This document shows, piece by piece, positions 12,161-25,049 of a stretch of 64,000 nucleotides of DNA. The translations under genes were made by a program, and so were the position numbers. Origin of the DNA: Marsupella aquatica (Eukaryota; Plantae; Marchantiophyta). The notes under the pieces were generated by a model. That model worked only from the letters and a program-made list of their open reading frames with translations, ran no database searches and was not told where the DNA came from. The first letter of the stretch is position 1, and each line of letters starts with the position of its first letter. The DNA is taken from NCBI GenBank assembly GCA_973895155.1, contig OZ316899.1, positions 12,306,834-12,370,833 on the forward strand, written 5' to 3'.

Positions 12161-15100
12161 TGTGATGCATAGACAGGAATCACTCGGCCAGTTAAGTGGG
12201 TAAACCAGGAGGGCACCCTAGGAACACCTTAGTATAGGGACAAAACAAGGAAAATATAAACCATTAGGGGCAACCATGGAACCCGGGCCGAGGCCGGAGG
12301 TAAGGACGCTGAGGGTGAAAACCCGATTAGGGTTAGGGCGCGTTAAGCATCGGCGGCTAGGAAGGATCAACGGGAAGAAGGACCGGCAGAGGAGAGGGGT
12401 AAGGAGCGCTTGCAGGAGATGGTGGCTCATTTGCGAGCACGAACTAGGCAGACGACTACGGGAGGCCAACTACTGTCAGCTGCTTAGGCAAGCACTCGGG
12501 GAGAGAGTAGATACCGACGATCGACCTAAGGAGGGTATGAGCAACGTCAATCAAGCGGCACATTTCTGGGGATGCCTGTTCGAACGGGCAACTGAGTACA
12601 TCAAGACTTACGAAGACGAGGAATCAGAAAGGGCAGCTCGAGAATGGCAGGAGCTCGCTCGATTGTGGGAGCTGCAGAAGACGGCTTTCTTAGGAGGGGA
12701 ACTCATCAAAGACGAGTTCCTGTGGACGCCTACTTCCAATCAACTCGACGATCTTCTGTTTTGCAAAGACAGCGTCGTCGGCATCCGAGAGGCCATCAAG
12801 AACTGCAACGACATACACTGGGAATTAAAGGGAAGCACGGAAAGGTGGACCCAGGCAACGGTGCTAGGAGAAACCTCCACAGCAGCAGAGATGAAGAGGA
12901 AGGGAGCCGTCAACGATGAAGCCACCCCGGCAAAAAGAACGAGGTCGGCGGCACCAAAGAAGCCAGCCGAGCAGCAGAGCAGGAGGCAGGGAGAAGCCGA
13001 AGAGGAGGAGGTCGATCCCATCAAGGCCATTCCAACCAGGGATGACACCTGGAAGGGCTGGGCGGCAACCCTACTGGTGGAGGTGCAACTACATTTTGCA
13101 CGGGAGGAGGATGCATGCTTCACGGCCATGCAGACCAAGAAGTACCAAGGCTTCATGGCCGGATCCGGCTTAGAGGCCTTTGTAAGATTACCATGGCTGA
13201 AGCCGGAGGTACCGGAGTCAGACCTATTAGAATTCGTGGGGTCATGGGAACTCGAGACCAATTGCACGAGGATATATGGGAAGGATTTCTATCTTACTCC
13301 CAAGGTGATTGCCGATGCAGCAACCAGGCATGCAAAATCTGCTGAAACTACTGGAGAAAGAAAAGAAATCGGCATCGGCAACAACAACGGCAACGGCAAC
13401 AATGCAGGACACTACTAGAGGTAGGCCTACACCGGCTCACAAGAGAAAACCCCTTTGCTGGAGACAAGGAGAGAATCAGGCCGGAATCCAAGCCAGGTGT
13501 TCGAATGTACGTGGGAACCTCAAGCTCCGAATCTAAGGCAGAATTGCTTGAAGCTCCTACCGACGAAGAGGAGAGGGAGAAGCCGGACGTCCAAGAGGTA
13601 GAGGAGGCAGTGGAGGACTGCAGCCATGATAATTCCGGCTATGGGTCGGACCATCACGTTCCAGGAGTAAGGACCTGTGGCCGGTTTGTCCCCACACTTC
13701 CAAGGGTAGTGCGAGGGGACCCCAACCAGCAGAGTAGCCCTGAGTCTCCCCCACCAGATGTTGCTCCCCCGAGCTTCGACGGCATAAAACAGACGGTGCA
13801 GGAATTTCAGGAGCGAATCAGGCAGGAAGAGGAGGCAGCCCTGGCTAGGGAAAAGGATTTACCAGGAGGAGATTGGCCGGAGGACATCAGGCGGCTAGCC
13901 GAAAAAGGAAGCAAACCTCTAGCCACGATTGAAGAGATCCGCAGGTCGGCTTGGGAGCAGAGGCCGCGATGGGCGATGCCGATCACTTCTACTTACTCCA
14001 CCTACGCTAAGAATAGAGCCATGGAGTATGGTGAGATGTGTGGGGAACTTGCGCTCGGCATCTTTGGAGAGGAGTTGGAGGTAGGACCCTTTTCCATAGG
14101 GAGCAGTTGGAGAAGCACCAATTAGAAGAAGCGGTGGCTTTAGAGAGAAGCAAGAAGGACGAGGTCATTCGGCGGCTTAGGAGGATGGAAGCCGAGATTG
14201 AAGATCTAAGGGCGGCCAAGAAAGCCCAAGATGAACTACGGATTAAACGACATGAGCTGAACATCATGCAGGGGCAGTTGGACACCGCGCAGGCTGATAA
14301 TCAAAATATCAAGGATAAACTGACTCAGACGCAGGGAGAGTTGGCCGACACAATCAAAGAGAGGGAGAAGTGGAAGCAAGAGCTGAAGAATACAGAGGAG
14401 GCCCATATAACAGCCAACAGCCGGGCCATGGCGGAGACCCAAAGAAAGGAATGGGCGTTGAAGGGGGAGCTCGAGAAAATCCGCGGAGCCCTTGAGCAGA
14501 AGGAGGCCGAGTTAGGGAAATCCTATCAAGGGATTATGGAGTTGCAGCAGGAGCTTGCGTCCCTGACGGCCAGCTTCAAGGCCGACCTAAGGGAGAAGGA
14601 CGAGATGCTCGAACAGACTTACGCCAAGATGAACCAGATGGAGTCTGTCATCATTGCAGAGCTCGACAAGGAGCTAAGAGCAACCCGGGAGGAGAGGACT
14701 ACCTTGAAACAAGAACGGGAGGAAGCCCAGAAGGAACTAGAGGAGGCACGCAAGGACCTGGATGAGACCCAGGAGGAGTTGGAGGAAATCACGAGGAAGA
14801 TGGAGAACCTCCAGCGGCGGGCCGACAACCAAACGGAGCGGCTGAAGAAACAAGCCGCAGTATTTAAGTGCTTGTCTTCATCAGGCCCAACTCCAATTGG
14901 GGCAACCAAGTTACCAGGAGTGGTACTGGCCGAAGAAAAAGCTGCGCCAACTGCACCAGTGCCGGAAGTAAGTGGGAAGGGGAAGGGACCAGCGGCCGAA
15001 CCAGAAAAGAAGAAAAAGCGGAAACCTTCAGGGTCAAGGAGTAATCCGACTCCACAAGCCGTGGTGACCAAAGAGGTAGAACCAGCACCATCCTCCGGCA

Positions 15101-16311
15101 TGAATACAGCAATAGATCCCGCTATCATCACAGGTGGGGGTGGTGCGGCCCAAGCCGAACTACTCAGTAACGAGGCCGGTATTCCAGATCCGCCTCTTGA
15201 GCAGGCCGGGGAGACCGTAGCCGAGGCTGAGGCCGTAACTGATTCCCGAGCCGATGCCAACGCCGATGGTGGACCCAGTCAGGCCGATGGAGAGTTGACT
15301 CAGTCAAGGGCAGGTAATCTGTCAGGGAATGAGCCTACGGCAGTGGCTGAGGAGGAAGCGTTGGGGGCGTCCATTAAGGATCCACCACCGGTGTCGTGAC
15401 GGTGCAAGGGCGCCGTTCCTTTTAGGGAGGGCGGACGTGGAGGGAGGAGGCGTGAGTGGGCAGGGCGGGCGCGGATCTCCAAGTTTAGGATTAGGATCAG
15501 GACCAGGAGCGGCCCTGACACTTAGCTTAGTGGGATTGCGGTCCCACTGGTAGGAGCAACACTTGTGCTCCTGCCTTGCTGTACATAGGTAGATTCGGGC
15601 AAGTAGATTACTGTTAAGTAGATTAGGCTTATGATGCAAAGAATGGTGGATCCACTACCAGGATAAGTACCTGGGCAGCGGGGAGCTCAGGGCCTCTTCT
15701 TTAGCAAGTTTTTAGTTTGCACTAGCCGGGCTGGGATCAAGTAGTACGAGAAGCTCTCGGTTAGTCATACAGTGACCCTTGTGTATATTCATGTTTCCTC
15801 ATGCCTAAGAGCTGAATAGAGTTGGCCTCACGGCTTAGTTCGCAGAGCTTGTGTATGAGATGTACTGTTTGTATGGCAAGTGCATGGTATGACTCAGTCA
15901 GAATGAGTCATTTTGCTATTTGTGTGTCGCATTAACTTGTGTGAAGAGTGCCCACATCAACCAGAAGGAAGGAAAGTAAGCAGGGGAGTGAGAGTTGGAT
16001 GTGTCGAGCTGAGAGAGGTCTTAGCGGCTTAACCAAGCCTATTGGGGATCATTCCGGCGGCGGAATCCAAACATACCTAACAAGACGGAAGGGAAGACAG
16101 GGGAAGGCCTAGATTAGGCCGGCTACGTATCTCATGACCTGATGAAGGATCTGTCCAGTATATGTGTGTAAAATGTTAATAGTAGTAGTAGAAGGTTAGC
16201 AGCGTCCCATGCCGCTAAGCCGCGGAAACGGCCTCGCCAAGCGCAAAACCCACGGGAATCGGCATGAGCTGGGGGGTTTCTTGGGTTTAGGGAGCCATGG
16301 GACGCACCACA
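12161..16311 (+). mobile_element. Family A LTR-like unit (4151 bp) with both termini
   Basis: TGTGATGC...GCACCACA; TSD AACCA at 12156-12160 and 16312-16316; TATAAA at 12255-12260; 509-bp internal deletion at about 13312. Confidence 0.95.
12460..15399 (+). pseudogene. Family-A ORF: helical N-domain, bipartite-NLS-like motif, conserved globular domain, long coiled coil
   Basis: ORFs 12276..13418, 13505..14125 and 14038..15399 are frameshifted pieces of one ORF of about 1150 codons when compared with the copies at 32044-35080 and 44400-47872. Confidence 0.85.
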
Positions 16312-17762
16312 AACCACGGGGCAAAATATCCGCCACCCAGGTCATACAAGTAGAGAACTTTTGGCCTACGAGGTGGGCGTCCTTCTTTGTCAAGAAGTTC
16401 CACGAGGAGATGGAGCGGAGAAGGAAGACCTTATACCTTGGCAGAAAGACGTACTTCGCAAGCCACATCAAGATCATCATCAAGTGGTACGCCCATTTTG
16501 ACCGCCGAAGTCTCCCCCATAGGAACGAGACTGAATTGACCCCGTCAAAGTGGGTATTCCTGGCTCAGGAGAGGCGACCGCAGCCCAAGGCCCAAAGCCT
16601 GGCAACCGCAAGCCCTACTACCCCGGCCCTACAACTAGCCGCTACCGCCCCGCCAAGCGTACCCGTAGATGCAGTTATTGCGACCTTGGACACGATTAAC
16701 CAAATCAACGCGATTGAAGCCAGGCCGGCTGAGGCCAGACCCGAACCCGACATTACGGTGGCCGAGGAGATCCCCCCACCCCCCATGGCTGTGCAGGAGA
16801 ACCGCCCAGCCCCAGTGGAACCAACCCCTTTGATCGACTTACCTCAAGGGCTGTATGTCTCCACTCCAACTCCCGCGCGGGCTGGGGTCTGTCCTTGTCC
16901 GAATCCGGATGGGCATAGTCTGGACCACCCGGAACTCTTTGCGCCAGGCACGTTTCTGAACGGTTGTTGGGAGATTTCTCTCAACAGATCGCACGGGATA
17001 TCGAGGAGTACATGGAATGGAAGGTGGCCTACTTCTTCAACCAAAAGTTGGTTGGGGCCGTAAAGGCAAGACATGCGCAAGCTGAGACGGCGTAGAGAAT
17101 AGAGCAGTATCGGGTTGAGTTTGCCTACCTGAAGGATGAAGTAGTGGCCCTGGAGACTGAACTCCAACAACTGCGACCTTAGGTAACGGCCATGGAGGAT
17201 CAGATTGCCAAAGCCAGGGCCCGGACAGCCTTAGCAGAGCAGGCTGGGTTTGGAAAAGACTCTGAGATCGCACCTAGATTGACGGTTTGAAGGGGCAAGC
17301 TGTCAGTTGGCAAAAGGATGTAGAGGAGGCCGTTGCTCGGGCCGAGCGGGACACGGCCAAGATCGATGCCCTGAAGGCGGAAGTAGCGCGGATTCAAGGA
17401 GAAGCCACAAAGCAGGCCTAGTTGGTGGATAAGCTGACGAGCAACGCCCAACTACTGGAGGAGGCATGCCAGGAGGCCACGGAGGAGATGGACGCGGCAA
17501 AGCAAGAGAATGAATCTCTGCTGGACCAGGTCCAGCTACTCAAACAGGACGCCGACAGACTTAGGAGGCAACGGGATAGCTGCTCCCACTCGAGCGGCTC
17601 TAGCAAGCGTGCCAGGCATTAGCAGTGGAGTAGGATTACAATAGAGTTAGGAGTAGCTAAATCAGGCTAAGTATAGGGACAAGCACCTGCCCTAGTTAAA
17701 ACGACACTGGCAGACTGTCCAGCCTGCGTAGATTAGAATCTACTAATAAGACAAGTCGTTTT

Positions 17763-18700
17763 GGCAAGGGATTGCAGGGAGGGAAGAGATGTGGTGGCTA
17801 AGGCAGATCAAGAGAATAATGATGAGGACCTGGTGGGAACTTTTGAGGAATTGGATGCAGTGGCGGAGGGGGATCCGGAGGAGGTTCTTAGAACCCAACT
17901 TGAAATGAACTTGCGAGTAAGACAAGGAGCGGGGCTGATGGCACTGCGAGGAGAGGACACTGTCACAGCTGATATAGTAGCTATTGAATCGCTGATGAGT
18001 AAGGAAAGGACTTCTTCCCCGGTGCAATTGCGAGAAACACCTTTGGAGATGGGGCAGGGGGAAGATGCGGGCAAGGAGGACTCCTTGCCCTTGGAAGGGC
18101 GGGAGCAGTTGGAAGAAGAGGAAGGGGAAAAAAGAACAAAGCTAATATCTCTGGGGCCAGATGTGGAGGAAAATAGTGCAAATTCAAGGCTTGATGCGGA
18201 GGCACAATGCTATGAACCCTCTGGTTCGAGGATAGCTCCTAAGGAGACTAAAATAAGAAGGGATGCACGCAGCGACAATATGGATTCAGATGCATATTTG
18301 TATCATGGTGACACTGACATGGAAATGTTAGAGTATGAGGCGTATGTATCAACTAAAGGAAAAGAACGGGCGAGAAAGCTAGAGAAGAGAACTCCGCCGG
18401 CCACAAAAAAGGATCGGGCAGTGCATGACTCTAAAAAACAACGGTCTCTAAAGTTCTCACATAGTGTAACGGCTGATGCAGGGGGAGAAGTGGAGATTAA
18501 GGAGATTGGAGGGACTACTAACAGTGCTGCTGGGCAGAGTGTGGATGGCTCGACTGAGCTGTAGGACTCCTTGCTGCTAATAGTAGATTCACAGATGGAG
18601 GAGACCGGAGAGATAGCCATTGGCACACCAAGGTGCCGTAAGGGGGGGAGTGTGAGCTCGGCTACCTCTTCGGGTGGGCGAATGCAGATTTAGCTCATGG
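17763..18700 (+). pseudogene. LINE ORF1 C-terminal remnant
   Basis: Acidic low-complexity ORF 17761..18564 directly upstream of ORF2. Confidence 0.6.
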
Positions 18701-18724
18701 GTGCTGGAGCCGGGGGCGGAGGGG

Positions 18725-21700
18725 ATGGGAGAAATTTTGAGGGTGGTGTCCTGGAATGTATGTGGGCTCTACGAACCAAACCGGAAGAATGTGGTGAAAA
18801 ACTGAATTGCAACAAGGAAGGAACGAATAGATGCATTGGCCCTGCAAGAAATCAAGGCGGGTCAGTTCAGACTGGATATGGCCATGAGAGTAATTTTGCC
18901 AAATTATCAATGCGTTGCATCGACACTGGAGGAAGGTCGGGGAGGCACGGCATTACTAATTCATCCACAATTCAGGATGGTAGCGTCTGGAGTGATGGAT
19001 AGGGGGCGAGCAGTATGGGCGATTGTGGAGTATCAGGATTGTAAATTTGGAACCCTGAGTGTTTACGCACCGAATACTGCTCGACTTAGAGCCATTTTGT
19101 GGCATGAGCTGAAAATGCATCTTCCTCGGGAGAACTGGATTGTATGCGGGGACTTCAATATGACCAAAATTATAGAGGACTCCACATGCGATTCTCCAGT
19201 GATTAAGGGACGAGAAGCAGAGTTTTGGAGATTTTTGAAAGTTAGATGTAATTTGGTGGATGCATTGCTAATTAAGGGGGAGGTACGGGGGGCACGCTAC
19301 ACATGGAGAAGAAACAAGATGGGGTCTCTGGTTCAATCGAGACTGGATAGTTTCTATCTTAGTGCGAATGGGGACTGGATTTATAAACTGGTTGATTTGG
19401 TGCATGACGGGGGATTGGCACTGTCTGATCATGACCCGGTTATGATCTGCATTAGTCTCATGGAAGGAAGGCAGGAAGGAAAATCGGGACTAAGAAGATC
19501 TCTGTTTAAGGCTAATCCTGCCCTGGTCAGGATGGAAGGCATGATCAAAATACTAGAAAGGGCATGGGTGGAGGGAAAGGGTGACTGTATTGAACCTATT
19601 CTAGCCTTTGACAAGGCTTGCAGGAATATGAGAAGCAAATACATTGAGAAGCAAGCAACACCTAAAGAGAAAGATGAAGAAATGCTTTTGTTGAGAAATA
19701 AGCTTCGGGTGTTGAAAATGGAGATCCTGGAGGAATACACAGAAGAGGAGTTGCGGGATTACGTGGATATGGAGGATCAAGTACATGCGGCAGAGTTAGA
19801 GGAGGCCCACAGAGGACGAAGGTTAGCACGAATTAAATGGTTGGGTGAGGGGGAGGAACCTTTGAGGTTTTACTTCGCAACTATAAAGGTGAAAAGAGAA
19901 CGGGAGGCAATGAGGAGCCTCACGGTGGAAGATGGCAGGGTGATCACAGATCCAACGATGATATTGAGAGAAGTAGAGAAGACATGTAAGGAATTATATG
20001 CGCCTAAGGAGCCATCTAGGCATGAACGGATGGAAACTCTGAATGAGCAAAGCAGACTGCTGGAGCACACAAAGTGTGTGTTGACGATTACGGAAATACA
20101 AATGCTGGAAGGGCTGCCAACACAAGAAGAAATCAAAGAAGTCTTGTGGTTGCTTCCTAGAGATAAGGCCCCTGGACCAGACGGGATGACAGCGGAGGTT
20201 TATCAGGCCTGCTAGGTGTTCATGCAGGACGACGTGGTAGCGATGGTGCAGGAATTTTGGCTGACGGGGAACTTGGCAGCAGGGATTAAAGAGGGGATGA
20301 TTAAGTTCTTTCCGAAGAAATCTGATAAGCAGTATCTTAGGGACTGGCGGCCTCTTACTATGCTGAACACAGGCTACAAGCTGATTGCAAAGTTATTGGC
20401 GTTAAGGCTAATTTGAATCCTACCAAAGGTTATTAGTTCTCAACAAACAGGTTTCATTCCAGGAAGAAATATACTGGAGAACATTTCGCTGGCTTGGCTA
20501 ATGTTTGACTGGGTGAAAAATAGGAAGGTTGAATCACTTTTCCTTAAGCTAGATTTTGAGAAAGCGTTTGACAGAGTGGATCAGAGCTATATATGGGAAA
20601 CTATGCACTTGTTGGGGATAAGCGGAACGTTCATAAAACTAGTCAAGGCGCTATTACAACAGGCATCCTCAAGGATTTACGTGAATGGGTTGCTTTCCTC
20701 TGAGATTGGACTGTCGAGGGGTGTTAGGCAAGGTTGCCCTCTTTCACCTCTTTTATTTGTGATATCAACTCAGCCTTTAATGGATTTTATGGATGCTGAG
20801 ATGGAGGCAGGGCGTTTAGATGGCATTCAAGTCTCAGCGGACTTGAGGATATGCTATAGGTTCTTTGCTGATGACTTGGGGATGTTCATCCCGGCTAAGC
20901 AGAGGAGTTTCCTAAAAGCAACAGCAGTGATACAATGCTATGAATTGGCCACGGGGGCCAGACTGAATTTGCATAAATCAATAGTCATCCCGCTAGCACT
21001 GTTGAGTATTCCAGCATGGTTACAAGAGACTGGATGTGTGATTAGCAAGAAAGGAGAGCTACAGAAATATCTGAGTGCTCCTTTGGGGGTGGACCTGAAA
21101 ACGGAACAACTGCATAGCTTTTGTCTGGATAAAATTGGGAAGAGGTTATCTTCTTGGTCGAACAAAATGCTTACCTTTACAGGACGCTCGCTTTTGATTA
21201 GGCACATACTTCAAGCAATTCCCATTTATCATACAATGTTCCTAAAGGCGTCTGCTGGTTTGGCTAGGAAAATGACTGCACTGTGCAGGGATTTTTTATG
21301 GGGTCATAACAAGGAAGGGGGCAAGCGAGTTCCGCTGGTTTCCTGGGCACGTCTCTCGCATCCCAAGTTGGATGGCGGACTGGGGTTTAAAGATTTCCGC
21401 AGTCACTCGGATGCGCTGTTATCAAAATGGTTTACCTGTGCAATGGACTACCCGGATACGGAATGGGCTAGAATGTTTGCTGAAAATCTGAATAGGATTG
21501 GATGGACTAACTATAAAGAGATGCGGAGGAATGGGTATACCTTCCGGGACAAAATGGTACTTGACTGTCCCGGGGGACTCCACGGAATGGCATATACAGG
21601 GGATCTCAGGAAGGCCTGGGAATTGCTGTGAGCCAACCTGATTTTCTGTCCCTCTGAGCGGATACCTGGTAGATGGTCGATTTGTGATGTGCTCCGATGT

Positions 21701-22644
21701 TTAAAGGGAACGCAGGCGTGGAGCAGTGGTGACAGGGAAGCAGTGACAGTCCTTTGTGGATGACTGGGTATCAGGAGCACGCAAGATTTATGGTCAAGTG
21801 AAAGGAATGGATGGCGAGGGCTGGCAGGACGGTAGTTACATCTACGTGGATTCTCAGAGGAACACTTAACACTTGGACGCAGATTCATTGGGCTGTTAGC
21901 TGACATCCCCAGCTGTGAGTGGGGGGTGGAGCCTGGGCCGGAGAGCTGGTGTTGGGCTGACAACCCTACTGCTCTCAGGAGGTTCAGAGTATCAAATAAG
22001 AGAGCATATCAGATGCTGCGAGAGGAGGTGAGAGATTTACAGAGTTGAAATAGGACATGGGGAATAGCAAGCACGGGCGACGAATGGAGGGCAAGGTGGG
22101 CGGGGCTGTGGGGATTGGACTTGTCAATGAGGGCTAAGACATTTATGTGGCGAGTAGTAGCATCGGGGCTCTTCACCGGGGTTAGGGCGGTCAAAATTGG
22201 TAAAGGAAATGGAGAGTGCAAGCTATGTCCTGGAACATTGGAGACTATTTCACACTTGTTCATGACCTGTCAACATGCACAGCGCTGTTGGCAGCTCTGT
22301 GCACAGAGCTTTGAGGGCATATTTGCAGATTATTTTGGGGGGCTGCTTGGGATGATAAATTTGTTGTGGGTAAGGAATATAGGAAGATAGTTAAAATTAT
22401 TGTCTTATACCAGATATTGTGGATGATCTGGTTGGGTTGAAATGAGCATATGTTTGTGATGGGCGGGGCCCAGAGGTTTGATATGCGATTCACTCTCTCG
22501 GAGGCGGTGGACCATGTCATTGCGGTCGGGCTTGCACTGCCAGCAAGCAACAGACGGACTAGGCTGCTGAGAGTGAAAGAGATTATCAATGCAGAGCGGC
22601 TCACTTGGTTGAGGCGTAGAGACTGCTGGATCACATCAGGATAG
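18725..22644 (+). pseudogene. LINE ORF2 (APE endonuclease, reverse transcriptase, zf-RVT)
   Basis: SWNVCGL, LQE, GDFN, SDHDPV; KAPGPDG, WRPLTMLN, LDFEKAFDRV, QGCPLSPLLF, FFADD; CKLC...HLFMTC. Many nonsense codons. Confidence 0.96.
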
Positions 22645-25049
22645 TGTAGGAATGACTGATGGAAGGGTAGTAGGCTGGCTAGGTGGATGGATTGTAGTAG
22701 AATAAGTTTGTTAAGGTTGTTAGGATGGTCTCTGGTGCCGGATGGCTGCTAGGAATACATGCTACCGGTGCTGCTGGTAAGCGGATAGCAGTTGTGTGTG
22801 CTGGGCTGGGATCTGTTGTGCTGGTATTGGTGGTGACTTTTCTGTTTGTTTCCCCCCGGCCATGGGGTTTGCGTGGCCCACAAAAGTTATAAAAATTCTA
22901 AAAATGTTTAAAGGAAGACAAGCCGTTTTCCGGCCTGACAGCCAGCTTAGTTAGGATCTTAGTTAGTGAATATTCAGGCACGAGGCCACTCTGATCCTCA
23001 GCCCTTAGTATTTAGTGCACCCCTCGGTAGAGGTAGGGGGGTTTTAGTCTCAGAGTTGGACGTCCGCGGTATGTGCGGGGAGTCCAGACCTCTATGAGTG
23101 AAAGAGTACCAAGGGGAGGGGGTACGACTAATCTTCCTGGGCGAGTGCGGAGCCGGGCTCCGTTGTAGTGTACGCCCCTCAGCCTTGGACCTGTTCATTC
23201 AAGAGCTGTCGGGTCAACCAAGTGTAAGTGTATGTTGACTCTTGTAGTAAAATCCTTTCCCATTATTTCCTTCGTGTAAATCGAGATTGTATGCTTGTGT
23301 GTGTGTGTGTATGAATCTTGTGTATGGGTGCCAACGCTTGGCTGAACGCACTACCCAAGCCGTGCACGGGGTGCATCTTGCGGATAAGTGGTTGCAAGCC
23401 CGGGTTGAGTGCCTGTATCATTGGATCTGGATCGAAGGCGGACAACACAAAGGCTTAGAAGCCCGTAAGCTGGGGTCAATCTCGCTATCGACTAAAGTAC
23501 GTTCCGGCGGCGGAACACAAATCATACCTAAGAAGTGTTTGTAGGTAACAATAGACACACTTAGCGCTAGTTTACAGGAGTTAGGGGCATTCTGTGCTTC
23601 CCTCCCTGCCCAAACCCTCATACTAACAAAGGAAATGCCTGTCTAAGCCAAACCTCAAGTTAAGACCCACGCTGACAACGTGACACAATGCATGGTCAAT
23701 TTGGCCATGGCAACAGTGGCCACGGGTAGACTAGATACTGCAGCCAATTCCTTCCTCTTCAGTCCTTGAGAGTAGTTCCCGGGATGGCTCGTAGAAGGGG
23801 ACATCTCCCCGTCCTCCCTATCCGGTAGGGGTAGCGCGACCCCCGTCAAAACTGGTGTCGCGGCTACTACGGTTACGGTGTCATCAATCAAAACCATCTC
23901 TTGGGTCCGGGCTTGTGCGGGTGGCGATGTGTTACCCGGCCTGTGTTGGCCTGCCCCTTGTGGTGTCCATTTTAGGGGAGGGTGAGCCTCCTCGTCCTTG
24001 GAACTGATGTTCACCGCGTTTACCACAGATCGTACCCAAAGGGGCGGTGCAACCGATGGTGGAGATCAGCTTGGCTGAGGCCAAGGTGGTGTTTGTGAAG
24101 GTGCCGACGAGTCGGTGACGGTTGTATCTGGAGGAGGCGCCGTAGGATTCAATAAGTCTGAGGGGAAGCTGAGTGATGTCAAGACAAATGACTCACCTGT
24201 ATTTGTACTACCAAATTGATAGTCTATGGAGGCCTGAACTTTGGTGGGGATATGGTCAAAGTGGTGCCGCTGCAAGTCTATCGTGCCTGGGATCGTGAAG
24301 ACCTCGTCCGGAAGCCAAAGAAGTGCTTCCTTGAAGCCAAGGTACTTTGTACCGTTGAAGAAGAATTTGGCAATCTCGTCGTCTCGACAGAACTTGCTCT
24401 CGAACGGGAGGCTCAAGTTGCCATTGTAGTGAGAGGAACTGGCTAGATGGATGAGTCATTCATACTATCTTTTGATTTTGTACCAGCGCAGGTTGAATTT
24501 GGCAAGCAACTTCGCTAGATGATTTCCAATGGATAGAAATTGAAGCCAAAAGCGAAGGGCCAAACCTGACATAATCGTGATAGACATAACGGCGGTGGAT
24601 GAATAAGGAGCAAATGTGCGAGCTGGGATCAAAGCTGGCATGAGGAGTGAAGTGTTGATGCAATGCAAGAGAATGGCTTGCCTTTTATACCCTGAGGACT
24701 TGTCGGCCGATTGGCCCCTCCTCCTTTCTGATAGGCTGATCCTTTCACACTTGCAGTGTACCAGCCACTCCGCAGGTCCGGATCAGGGCGTGTCAGAGAG
24801 CCGCCTCCTTGATCTGTTATATGGACCCAAAGGAGATGTCCATAACACGATCATAACCCGGCGGTACGGGTGGAGCTCCGCCGCCAGCCTGAGCGTGAAT
24901 GCTTCTTATTGACTATTGGTGTCCTATTTATGATTACTACCTCCTTTAGTGTTGTTATGCTAATAACTATGGACTACTAAGTCCATAGCGCGCATGCTAA
25001 GCACGGATTAGGCCAGATTACTCATTACCGCTGTGCTGGCGGTGTCACA

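Larger units (their letters stand above)
9118..17622 (+). pseudogene. Family-B ORF (about 860 codons net), interrupted by solo LTR D and unit A
   Basis: ATG 9118; pieces 10931-12160 and 16317-17622 rejoin across TSDs; C-terminal coiled coil ending SKRARH*. Confidence 0.85.
17763..22914 (+). mobile_element. L1-clade LINE, 5'-truncated
   Basis: 15-bp TSD AAGACAAG(T/C)CGTTTT at 17748-17762 and 22915-22929; A-rich tail 22882-22912; empty site visible in the B copy near 36850-36865. Confidence 0.95.
3780..23685 (+). mobile_element. Family B LTR-like unit (about 3.9 kb net) carrying four nested insertions
   Basis: TGTGATGCC at 3780 ... ACGTGACA at 23685; TSD CAATG at 3775-3779 and 23686-23690. 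Removing the four inserts leaves about 3.91 kb, collinear with the uninterrupted 3945 bp copy at 36082-40026. Confidence 0.93.
3171..25049 (-). mobile_element. Family B' LTR-like unit, split (3171-3779 and 23691-25049) by insertion of B
   Basis: Both pieces are diverged homologues of 36082-40026 and rejoin across the CAATG TSD. Terminus ...GGTGTCACA at 25049. The left end is lost by deletion into pol. Confidence 0.88.

Noticed and set aside
12740-13267. Numerous antisense ORFs over the A, B, LINE and copia ORFs
   Set aside because: Shadow frames of biased coding sequence; Ser/Leu/Phe-rich with no motifs.
14038-15399. Coiled-coil ORFs as host SMC/myosin/tropomyosin genes
   Set aside because: No ATPase or motor motifs; multi-copy, intronless and enclosed within TSD-bounded units.
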